Assembly (NCBI RefSeq): GCF_000019605.1
Contig: NC_010482.1
Span: 60,001-92,000, forward strand
Reading direction: 5' to 3'
Origin: Candidatus Korarchaeum cryptofilum OPF8
GTDB taxonomy: Archaea; Korarchaeota; Korarchaeia; Korarchaeales; Korarchaeaceae
Length of the DNA stretch: 32,000 bases
The position numbers were made by a program, and so were the translations under genes. Shown one piece after another: positions 16,209-23,771 of the stretch (position 1 is its first letter; every line of letters starts with the position of its first letter). The notes below the pieces were generated by a model. That model did not search any database and was not told where the DNA came from. It saw nothing but the letters and a program-made list of their open reading frames with translations.

Positions 16209-17273
16209 ATGTGGTTCCTGAGGCCGGATTGTCTCACAGCATTTGAGGAAAGGGAGATAAGGGATTCCATACCCCGTTACATAGATGTAGTTGAGGGCAG
16301 GAAACTGCCCCTCTTCAAGCTCTCGAAGATAATAAGGCTTGAGCCCACGGACGATCTCTGGAAAGCCCATGAAGAAGGATTGAGGATCCTCAGGGAGATT
16401 TTGGAGAAGGATGAGACCCCCAAGAGGGGAGAGGAGGGGATATCCCTCCTGGATGTTAAAGCATATCTGTCCCTAGAGCTCGCAGGGAAATGTAGGTTCT
16501 GCGAGTGGAGATGCGGCGTCAACAGGATCGAGGGAGAATCCGGAGCTTGCAGGGTAAAAGAAACGAGGGTCTCGAGCGCCTTCATCCACATGGGAGAAGA
16601 GCCTCCAGTGAGCCCATCAGGTACGATATTCTTCTCCGGCTGCAACTTCAAATGTATATACTGCCAGAACTGGGATATATCCCAATTTCCCGAATCCGGT
16701 AGGGTAGTATCCCCTGAGAAACTGGCAGCTCTGATGGATGATCTCAGGAGGAGGGGCGTCAGGAACATAAACTTGGTCGGCGGGGAGCCGACTCCCAATA
16801 TTCATACGATAATGCTCTCCCTCAGATACGCATCTGAGGATTTTCCAGTGATATGGAACTCGAATATGTACATGAGTGAGGAGGGCATGAAGCTCCTACT
16901 AGGTATCGTAGATCTCTGGTTGCCTGACTTCAAGTATTGGGAGGATGAATGCGCCAGGACCTTGAGCGGGATTCCGAGATACTCCGAAGTCGTCAGGAGG
17001 AACTTATCCATGGCCTACGAATTCCCGCCCGGTGAAATTATAGTCAGGCATCTGGTCCTGCCAAATCATGTAGAATGCTGCACTAAGCCGATACTGACAT
17101 GGGTGGCGAGGAACATACCGAGGGCCCTCGTGAACATAATGGACCAGTATAGGCCGGAGTATAGAGCGCATCAAGTACCCCGGATGAATAGGAGGGTCAG
17201 CTCTGATGAGATGAGGGAGGCGTTCGAACTCGCTGATAGCCTCAAGTTGAGATGGAGATCGGTCAGCCGGTGA
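16209..17273 (+). CDS. radical SAM protein, PflX-like (putative glycyl-radical/pyruvate formate-lyase activating enzyme family, COG1313)
   Basis: CRFCEWRCGVNR...GACRV...HMGEEPPVSPSGTIFFSGCNFKCIYCQNWDISQ is the COG1313 signature including CxxxCxxC. ATG 16209 is preferred. The track's TTG 16167 would add a poly-Pro peptide read through the GC-rich element. Confidence 0.8.
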   Translation: MWFLRPDCLTAFEEREIRDSIPRYIDVVEGRKLPLFKLSKIIRLEPTDDLWKAHEEGLRILREILEKDETPKRGEEGISLLDVKAYLSLELAGKCRFCEWRCGVNRIEGESGACRVKETRVSSAFIHMGEEPPVSPSGTIFFSGCNFKCIYCQNWDISQFPESGRVVSPEKLAALMDDLRRRGVRNINLVGGEPTPNIHTIMLSLRYASEDFPVIWNSNMYMSEEGMKLLLGIVDLWLPDFKYWEDECARTLSGIPRYSEVVRRNLSMAYEFPPGEIIVRHLVLPNHVECCTKPILTWVARNIPRALVNIMDQYRPEYRAHQVPRMNRRVSSDEMREAFELADSLKLRWRSVSR

Positions 17274-17832
17274 CTAGGGAAAGGAGCTTCCATTTGAACT
17301 CCTCAAGGCATCCATCGTTGAGGAGGAAGTGATCTGCATAAGCGAGGGCATCCCCGAGATGGAAGGTCTCTATCTCCTCCCTGTCCTCCCTCAGGAATTC
17401 CTCATAGCTCCCCCTATCGAAACCCTCCCTCTTCCTGAGGGACGTTCTGATGAACCTCAACCATTTAGAGGATAATATTGCTATTGTTATCACGTCTTCC
17501 CCAAACTCTTTTTTGAATTCATCAATTTCCTCGATATTTCTTATACCATTTACGACATAGCATCGGGGGGGAGGGGATCTCTTGATGGTCTCTATAGCTA
17601 GCTTGGCGATAACGCTAGCCCCCCTCTCCCTCCTTAGCTCAATACCAACAGATCTTAAGCTCTCCCTGGTTTTCCTCAACCCTCTCCTCTCAACCTCCTC
17701 GATTAATAAATCGCTCATCCTTATGATCTTATATCCCAGAGCTTCCTCGAGCGCTTTAGAGGCCTCATCCTTCCCGCTCCCGGGCAGTCCCACTATCAGG
17801 ACGATGGGCTTGCCTAGGCACCCAGATCCCAT
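17263..17832 (-). CDS. UPF0200-family P-loop kinase-like protein (dephospho-CoA kinase/adenylate kinase fold, function unproven)
   Basis: IVLIVGLPGSGKDEASK Walker A, VVNGIRNIEEIDEF and a C-terminal ADHFLLNDGCLEEFK match the archaeal UPF0200 layout. ATG 17832 is preferred over the track's TTG 17889. Confidence 0.7.
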   Translation of the reverse strand: MGSGCLGKPIVLIVGLPGSGKDEASKALEEALGYKIIRMSDLLIEEVERRGLRKTRESLRSVGIELRRERGASVIAKLAIETIKRSPPPRCYVVNGIRNIEEIDEFKKEFGEDVITIAILSSKWLRFIRTSLRKREGFDRGSYEEFLREDREEIETFHLGDALAYADHFLLNDGCLEEFKWKLLSLVTG

Positions 17833-17864
17833 TAGACCCACCTTAAACCCGATGGCGGGTTCCC

Positions 17865-17873
17865 TTTTAATAT
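17865..17873. promoter_or_regulatory. shared bidirectional TATA element between the UPF0200 kinase gene and cas6
   Basis: ttttaatat. Centre is about 36 nt from cas6 ATG 17905 and about 37 nt from the kinase ATG 17832. Confidence 0.4.
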
Positions 17874-17904
17874 GGAATAGATAAGTCAAGTGAGGGAATA
17901 AATC

Positions 17905-18720
17905 ATGATCTCGATAATAGAGGTTGAAGCGACCAGTCAGGGGGACGGAGTGATACCTTTCACGGGGCCTTTCTTCAGGGCCGCTGTGCTGAGATCGATA
18001 TCCTCTCAGGATCCTCTGCTCGCAAAAGCCCTGGAATTATCCTCCAAAAAGATATTCGTTGAGGCCCTCAGAAAGGAGAGGAAACAGATGCCTTGCGGCT
18101 CCTTAGAGGAGCCTGTTTACATGGGCTCGGAGTACAGGGGATCGATAATAATATTTAATGATAATGTGATAAGCGATGCAATAAAATCATGGGTATTCAA
18201 GAAACCGACTATAACAATAAAAGATATTCCATTTAAAGTGACATCATACTCGCAGCAGGAGATAAATATACTTGACTTCATTCAGGAGAGTCCGTGCAGG
18301 AATTTCAGGCTCCGCTTCCTCACACCCACGTGCTTCAAGAGGACGACTTCTCAGTACTGCTACCTCTATCCAAACCCCAGGCTTATAGTCTCCTCTCTCG
18401 CTTCTGCCTGGAATGCCCTCTCACCCAAGAAAGGCCCGGAAACTAGATTAGTCGCTACCTGGGCCGATCTCAGCGTTGTAGAGACTGGATATGAATTATG
18501 CACAACTAAACCGGTGGAGATGAGTGGGGAGAAGACATTCGTCGGTTTCATGGGATGGGTGAATTATAAGGTGATAGACCATCCGGAATGGCATAGATCG
18601 TCGCATGAGGAGATGGCCACTTGGCTGGCTACTTACCTCATGTTCGGGGAGCTGATAGGAGTAGGATACATGAGGAACATGGGGTTCGGAAGGATAAAAT
18701 TTGAAGTCAAGAGGAAGTAA
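17905..18720 (+). CDS. cas6: Cas6-like RAMP endoribonuclease (orphan: no CRISPR array or other cas genes in the window)
   Basis: C-terminal glycine-rich loop GVGYMRNMGFGRIKF, core FRLRFLTPTCF...YPNPRLIVSSLASAWN and FVGFMGWVNYKV, 271 aa. All are typical of Cas6. No His in the N-terminal half. Confidence 0.75.
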   Translation: MISIIEVEATSQGDGVIPFTGPFFRAAVLRSISSQDPLLAKALELSSKKIFVEALRKERKQMPCGSLEEPVYMGSEYRGSIIIFNDNVISDAIKSWVFKKPTITIKDIPFKVTSYSQQEINILDFIQESPCRNFRLRFLTPTCFKRTTSQYCYLYPNPRLIVSSLASAWNALSPKKGPETRLVATWADLSVVETGYELCTTKPVEMSGEKTFVGFMGWVNYKVIDHPEWHRSSHEEMATWLATYLMFGELIGVGYMRNMGFGRIKFEVKRK

Positions 18721-18723
18721 TCG

Positions 18724-19116
18724 TTAAATAATGGCCTCCAGCAGATCCTCCCCTGCTCTCTCCAGAAGGAGGATCCCGCTCCTTAACTCAATTGCCTTAT
18801 GATCTCTAGCCCCGAATATCCTTTTAAGCTCCCAGAAGACCCTCCAAGTGCTAACAGCGTCCTTGCAGGAGGAGATGGAGACTGTTATGCTTCCGGACTC
18901 CGGCCAGGTATGAACGGCAGCATGAGATTCCCCTATTATCGCGATGCTCAGGACCCCTCCATTGGGTTTCCGCATCGTTATTATATCGAAAAGCGTGAGC
19001 CCGGAATTCATGACGGATTCTATCAATGCGCTCTCAACGAAACTGATATCCTCGAGTAGATTCCTGCTGACGCCGAAAAGCTCGCCGATCACATGGTACT
19101 CGAAGGCCCTCTCCAT
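18724..19116 (-). CDS. speH: pyruvoyl-dependent S-adenosylmethionine decarboxylase proenzyme family (SpeH type; could be the arginine-decarboxylase paralog known in Crenarchaeota)
   Basis: 130 aa with self-cleavage/active-site context IIGESHAAVHTWPESG. SD GGAGGTGAGG lies about 7 nt upstream of the ATG. Confidence 0.85.
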   Translation of the reverse strand: MERAFEYHVIGELFGVSRNLLEDISFVESALIESVMNSGLTLFDIITMRKPNGGVLSIAIIGESHAAVHTWPESGSITVSISSCKDAVSTWRVFWELKRIFGARDHKAIELRSGILLLERAGEDLLEAII

Positions 19117-19520
19117 TTTTTACCTCACCTCCGCCTCCCTATACATAAAACGACTCACAATTTATTTAAAAAGATTACGAGGAGCCGCCTAATTGCCCTA
19201 AGTTTGAGGATAAGCTCTCAGAGATCTTAATTTTGCTGTCAGATCGGGGGCCAACTTGACTCTTTCGAACTCTACACCAATAAAAATAGCGAATTCAATA
19301 TAATGAGATTTTCTGAGATTTATGGGGGTCAAACAAGATAAAATAGAAAGCATTCCCTAGGATGAACCTCCATTGAGCCCAATTAACTGAGAGGGGCTCA
19401 AGAATAAACCTTCAATTATCTATTGAACTGATCCCCCCCGTATGAGGGGAGGGGGATTATATTAAGCTCCATCTCGAGTAGCCCGCATAGCCTCCACTAA
19501 ATGCATCATCCTGAGGGTGA

Positions 19521-20558
19521 TCAGAAGAAGCCCTCTAAACTCCCACTGAGGCTATATTCCTCACCTAATATCGTTCTAAGCATCCTCTGTAGTGTCTCGC
19601 TCTTAACATCGATTTCGGGTTCCTCAGATAAGTTCTTCTTCCTAGAGAGCCAATCATCCAATATCTTCTTCACGTACTCCACCATCATCTCCTTCCAACC
19701 GGCAGCATCCTCCAAACCCAATTCATGCTCTAGAGGAGCCCTTCCGAGCTCATTATAGTATTCCCTACTTATGCCCTCCCCAGAGGAGCTCCTCTCGAAG
19801 GAGTAAAAGATCCAACCCAAGGAGACGGATTGTGAGATCTCAGCATCCTCTCCCGAGAGGGAGAATTCATCCTGCCTGAAGCATACGAATTCATCTACCC
19901 TGACGAGTTGATATATCTCATCGTAGAGGGGCTGAGCTTCTTCCTCCATCATCCTTATTGCCTCCAGACTGAGGGAGAATCTCTTTCTGAATTCTTCAAC
20001 TGGCCAGCTTCCCAGGAGGATGCTTATTCTTCCGAATGCGCTCACATTCCTATCCTTCAGGTATTCTGAGATAGATTCGAGAGCCAGTTTGATCTCTTCC
20101 TCCGATTTCTCACCGATAACCGAGGATTCTGGGAGGTAGTTCAGGATCTCAGACAGATCCTTGAAATTGGATACCTCAATATCCCTAATCCTAGCTAAAA
20201 CTCTCCTAATTATCGCAATAGACGATAGGGGATCCAATAGGAGGGAGGGGTTCTGAGAGAAGGCTGAAGCGGCAGTCCCTCCGGCTATCCTCCCGAGAGT
20301 CCATAAGGAGTCTAAGACCCTCCATTCACCTCCATCCTCTATCAAAATCATGGGATTCAATCTACCGGATCTATTGCTATTCGGAGATGTCCTGTACTCC
20401 ATTGAAAACCCGCATTTCACCTTCCTGCCATCTACATTCAGATCCCTCAGCAGTAAGAGCGAGAACCCCCCTCTCAGATCCAGCATCCAGGGGGAATCCT
20501 CCCTCACAGCCTTTATGACGTAATCAGCATAATGATCCCTCTTGGACTTATATGTCAT
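19521..20558 (-). CDS. hypothetical protein, no recognisable domain
   Basis: 345-codon ORF with an ATG start. GGGGGAGGTG lies 11 nt upstream. Acidic, mixed alpha/beta-looking sequence. I recognise no family motif. Confidence 0.6.
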   Translation of the reverse strand: MTYKSKRDHYADYVIKAVREDSPWMLDLRGGFSLLLLRDLNVDGRKVKCGFSMEYRTSPNSNRSGRLNPMILIEDGGEWRVLDSLWTLGRIAGGTAASAFSQNPSLLLDPLSSIAIIRRVLARIRDIEVSNFKDLSEILNYLPESSVIGEKSEEEIKLALESISEYLKDRNVSAFGRISILLGSWPVEEFRKRFSLSLEAIRMMEEEAQPLYDEIYQLVRVDEFVCFRQDEFSLSGEDAEISQSVSLGWIFYSFERSSSGEGISREYYNELGRAPLEHELGLEDAAGWKEMMVEYVKKILDDWLSRKKNLSEEPEIDVKSETLQRMLRTILGEEYSLSGSLEGFF

Positions 20559-20770
20559 TTAACTTTGGGCACCTCCCCCTCTGATATCACGGTAAGAAGT
20601 ATATAATCCCACCCGTTCATCACTTCACCTCCGGTCATCGCAGAGTGAAGGTCGAGTGATCCCATGAAAAAGATTAATTAGGCTTCGACTTCCATCTCAA
20701 GGGGGATGAGATAGCCATCCCAGACTGATGGGGACGGATGATTCACCCAGGGGTAATCGACCCCCAAATT

Positions 20771-22051
20771 CTACTGAAGCCCCTTGATCACATCTATCAA
20801 ATCATCTGTCATCTTGTCCGCCTGCTCCATAGTCACGATGAGAGGAGGCTCTATCCTCACCACATTCCCGAAGATACCGCCAGTCCCCATTATGTATCCT
20901 CTCTTGAACATCTCATTCCCTATCCTCTTAGTCGCCTCCGGATCCGGTTTCTTCCCCTCCTTCACGATCTCGACACCTATGAAGAGGCCCCTTCCCCTCA
21001 CTTCACCCACGGGCTTCAGAGAGGCATCTCTCAGCTTACCCATTATGAAATTACCGACTTTAAGTGCGTTCTCATGCAGCTTCTCCTCTAATAATACCTC
21101 TATACCAGCTAAAGCGGCTGCACAAGCGACAGGATTGCCTGAGAATGTCACATTATGGTCTCCAGGCTCCCAAGCTTTATCAACCTCCTCCGTTGCCATT
21201 ATACCAGCTAGAGGAAGGCCCGCGCCTAAGGCCTTGGCCATTGTCATTATATCAGCTCTCACGTTCTCCCATTCATGTCCAAATATCTTTCCAGTTCTTC
21301 CAAATCCGCTCTGAACTTCATCGACAATTAGTAGCACATCATTTTCCCTGCATATCTTCTCTAACTCCTTCAACCATCCATCCGGAGGCACTATTATTCC
21401 TCCTTCCCCTATCACCGGCTCTATTATGACGGCTGCCGTGTTCTCAGGCCCAAGGCGGTACTTTATGTATTCATCGACTTTCTCAAGTGTGTACTGCTTG
21501 CAAGTCTCAACATCCCCGGGGAACCTGTAGCAATAGGGAGTGGGGAGGTGGACGACTCCGGGATAGTTGGCGAAGTGGCCCATCAGCTTCTTGTACTTAT
21601 GCGATGCAGTGAGCGTGAGTGTGAGGCCTCCTCTCCCGTGGAAAGCGCAATCGAATGCGATTATGTAAGAGCCTGTACCTCCCTTTACCTTCACGGAGTA
21701 TTTCTTCGCTAGCTTGATTGCGCTTTCTACAGCCTCGGTCCCGCTATTAGCGTAATATGTTTTCCTCAAATCCCCCGGCGCGATTTCAGCTAATTTCTTG
21801 GCTAATAGTATCGCTGGGACATTATAGTAAAGCATCGAGACATGCGAAAGCTTCTCTATCTGCTCCTGAACAGCCTTAACTATTTTTGGGTGAGAGTGAC
21901 CGTAATTCATCACCCCTATACCAGCGAGGAAGTCTAGATATCTCCTTCCTTCAACATCCCACATTTCAATTCCTTTAGCTCTCTCAAAAATCACGGGATA
22001 TGTTATAGGATAAGCCGATTGGATGAAACGCTTGGCCTCCTCTATCGACAC
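20771..22051 (-). CDS. class-III PLP aminotransferase (4-aminobutyrate/acetylornithine/omega-aminotransferase family)
   Basis: DFLAGIGVMNYGHSHP, YANSGTEAVESAIKLA, LLIVDEVQSGFGRTG and MTMAKALGAGLP (PLP lysine). GTG start after AGGTGAT. Confidence 0.9.
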   Translation of the reverse strand: MSIEEAKRFIQSAYPITYPVIFERAKGIEMWDVEGRRYLDFLAGIGVMNYGHSHPKIVKAVQEQIEKLSHVSMLYYNVPAILLAKKLAEIAPGDLRKTYYANSGTEAVESAIKLAKKYSVKVKGGTGSYIIAFDCAFHGRGGLTLTLTASHKYKKLMGHFANYPGVVHLPTPYCYRFPGDVETCKQYTLEKVDEYIKYRLGPENTAAVIIEPVIGEGGIIVPPDGWLKELEKICRENDVLLIVDEVQSGFGRTGKIFGHEWENVRADIMTMAKALGAGLPLAGIMATEEVDKAWEPGDHNVTFSGNPVACAAALAGIEVLLEEKLHENALKVGNFIMGKLRDASLKPVGEVRGRGLFIGVEIVKEGKKPDPEATKRIGNEMFKRGYIMGTGGIFGNVVRIEPPLIVTMEQADKMTDDLIDVIKGLQ

Positions 22052-22116
22052 ACTATCACCTACTGCTCAGGGAGGTATTAAAATAAAAAGGATGATGTTC
22101 AAATAAACACGGGAAT

Positions 22117-22839
22117 TCATCTCAATATTCCCAGATAGAGCCTTGAAAATTGGGGATGGCTCAATAGCTCCCTGGGATCTCCCTCATACCTCACCTCCCC
22201 GCTCACGAGGAGGTACCCCTTATCCCCTAACTCGAGGGCCTTCTTCGCGTTCTGCTCTACGATCACTATAGTTTGTCCAAATGAATCCCTCAATTCAGCG
22301 AGCTTGCTCAATACTTGATTAACTACTAAGGGCGCTAAATCAGTAGTTATCTCATCTAGCAACAGGACCTTGGGCTTCCTCATGAGGGCCATCCCTATGG
22401 CAAGCATTCTCCTCTCTCCCCCGCTCAAGGTACCGGCCTTCCTCTTCAAGAACTCCTTCAGCTTTGGGAACATCTCCAAGATATCAGAGATCCTTCCATC
22501 CATCTCATCCTGATTCAAGAGATAGCCTGAGATCCTCAGATTCTCTTCTACAGTTAAACCTGCTGCTATATTCCCATACTGTGGTAAATAGGCCAAACCC
22601 ATCCTTGATTTCCTATAGACAGGCAATTTAGTGACGTCCATATCCTCAAATTTGATGCTTCCTGAGTAAATCGTTGCTATACCCATTATACTATTGAGCA
22701 GCGTGGTCTTACCCGCGCCGTTGGGCCCCACTATCACCGTTATTTCCCCTGAGTTAGCGCTGAAGTTTACATTGAACAAAACTTTGAATTTCCCATATCC
22801 AGCATAAAGATTTTTGACTTCAATGATCTTTTTACTCAA
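22117..22839 (-). CDS. livF: branched-chain/hydrophobic amino-acid ABC transporter ATP-binding protein (LivF type)
   Basis: GPNGAGKTT Walker A, LSGGERRML signature, LLLDE Walker B, LivF-like C-terminus. TTG start after a GGGGTGAT that overlaps the livG stop. Confidence 0.9.
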   Translation of the reverse strand: MSKKIIEVKNLYAGYGKFKVLFNVNFSANSGEITVIVGPNGAGKTTLLNSIMGIATIYSGSIKFEDMDVTKLPVYRKSRMGLAYLPQYGNIAAGLTVEENLRISGYLLNQDEMDGRISDILEMFPKLKEFLKRKAGTLSGGERRMLAIGMALMRKPKVLLLDEITTDLAPLVVNQVLSKLAELRDSFGQTIVIVEQNAKKALELGDKGYLLVSGEVRYEGDPRELLSHPQFSRLYLGILR

Positions 22840-22843
22840 ATTA

Positions 22844-23608
22844 TCACCCCAGATATACCTCTAATACTTTGGGATCGTTGGAGACCTCCTCAGGAGTCCC
22901 CTGAGAGATCACGACACCCCTATCCATTACATAAACATAATCAGCGAATGGTAGGGCGAGATCTATTCTATGCTCTATGAGGAGGAGTGTAATTCCCAAA
23001 TTTTTCCTTAAATCACTCAGATATCCGAGGATCTCGTTCGCATACGCAGGATCAACTCCTCCTATAGGTTCATCCAGTGCGATCAGCTTAGCTCCCGCTG
23101 CTAAGGCCCTAGCAACTTCCAACATTTTTAACTGGCCCCCTCCGAGCTTAAAAGATTCTTTATCCCATGAGTCGCTTAGCCCGACTCTCCCGAGGATTTC
23201 CATCGCCCTCTTAACGTTTTCCTCCTCTTCCTTCATCCAGAGAGGTCTCAGCGGAGCCTTTAATGGGCTCTCACCAGAGTTCTTCATCGCTACGAGCACA
23301 TTTTCAAGGACATTAAGTTTTAGAAATGGCATCGGGATCTGGAACGTTCTGATGAATCCTAACTTGTAGATCTCATGCGGAGGAGCGCCAGTTATGTCCT
23401 CGCCATCGAAGAGCACTCTACCCTCATCCGGCTTTAGAATCCCGGAACAGACGTTTATCAGAGTGGTCTTCCCAGACCCATTCGGACCCATAATCATCGT
23501 CAAAGAACCCCTCTCCACCTTTATAGAGACTCTATTAAGTGCTGTCAGACCACCGAATCTCTTCGTTAAATTTTCCGTTTGTAGAATGGTGGACCTCCTT
23601 GCATCCAT
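22844..23608 (-). CDS. livG: branched-chain/hydrophobic amino-acid ABC transporter ATP-binding protein (LivG type)
   Basis: ILQTENLTKRFGGLTAL, GPNGSGKTT, LGGGQLKMLEVARAL, and the LivG-specific C-terminal NDPKVLEVYLG. ATG 23608 is preferred over the track's 23710. Confidence 0.9.
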   Translation of the reverse strand: MDARRSTILQTENLTKRFGGLTALNRVSIKVERGSLTMIMGPNGSGKTTLINVCSGILKPDEGRVLFDGEDITGAPPHEIYKLGFIRTFQIPMPFLKLNVLENVLVAMKNSGESPLKAPLRPLWMKEEEENVKRAMEILGRVGLSDSWDKESFKLGGGQLKMLEVARALAAGAKLIALDEPIGGVDPAYANEILGYLSDLRKNLGITLLLIEHRIDLALPFADYVYVMDRGVVISQGTPEEVSNDPKVLEVYLG

Positions 23609-23771
23609 CTTGAGGGCACCCACATACTGCTCGGGCTCGAGAATTAATATTGTAGTGTCACCTAGTTCGCATGAGCATTTCATTAAAATCGCCTCGGGAC
23701 TGAAATTCAATTTTCTATTAGGACCAGAAAATAGCAGATCTTAGATAATTATCTAAAAAATAGAAAAAAGT

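Noticed and set aside
16020-16370. 116-aa minus-strand ORF and the TTG-16167 extension of the radical-SAM ORF across the GC-rich element
   Set aside because: Open frames are expected by chance in stop-codon-poor GC-rich sequence. The peptides are Pro/Gly/Arg-rich with no motif, and the minus ORF runs antisense into the well-supported radical-SAM gene. RNA structure explains the region better.
18721-20770. CRISPR array or degenerate repeat units near the cas6-like gene
   Set aside because: I read both long spacers (19117-19520, 20559-20770) for direct repeats of 24-37 nt with regular spacing and found none. There are only single-copy palindromes.
20697-20787. Canonical archaeal C/D box sRNA
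   Set aside because: Both C-like boxes read GGAUGA rather than RUGAUGA. Guide spacings are 15 and 32 nt instead of about 12. The 8-bp terminal stem does not leave the 3-nt bulge geometry of a K-turn. It is kept only as a low-interest structural observation.
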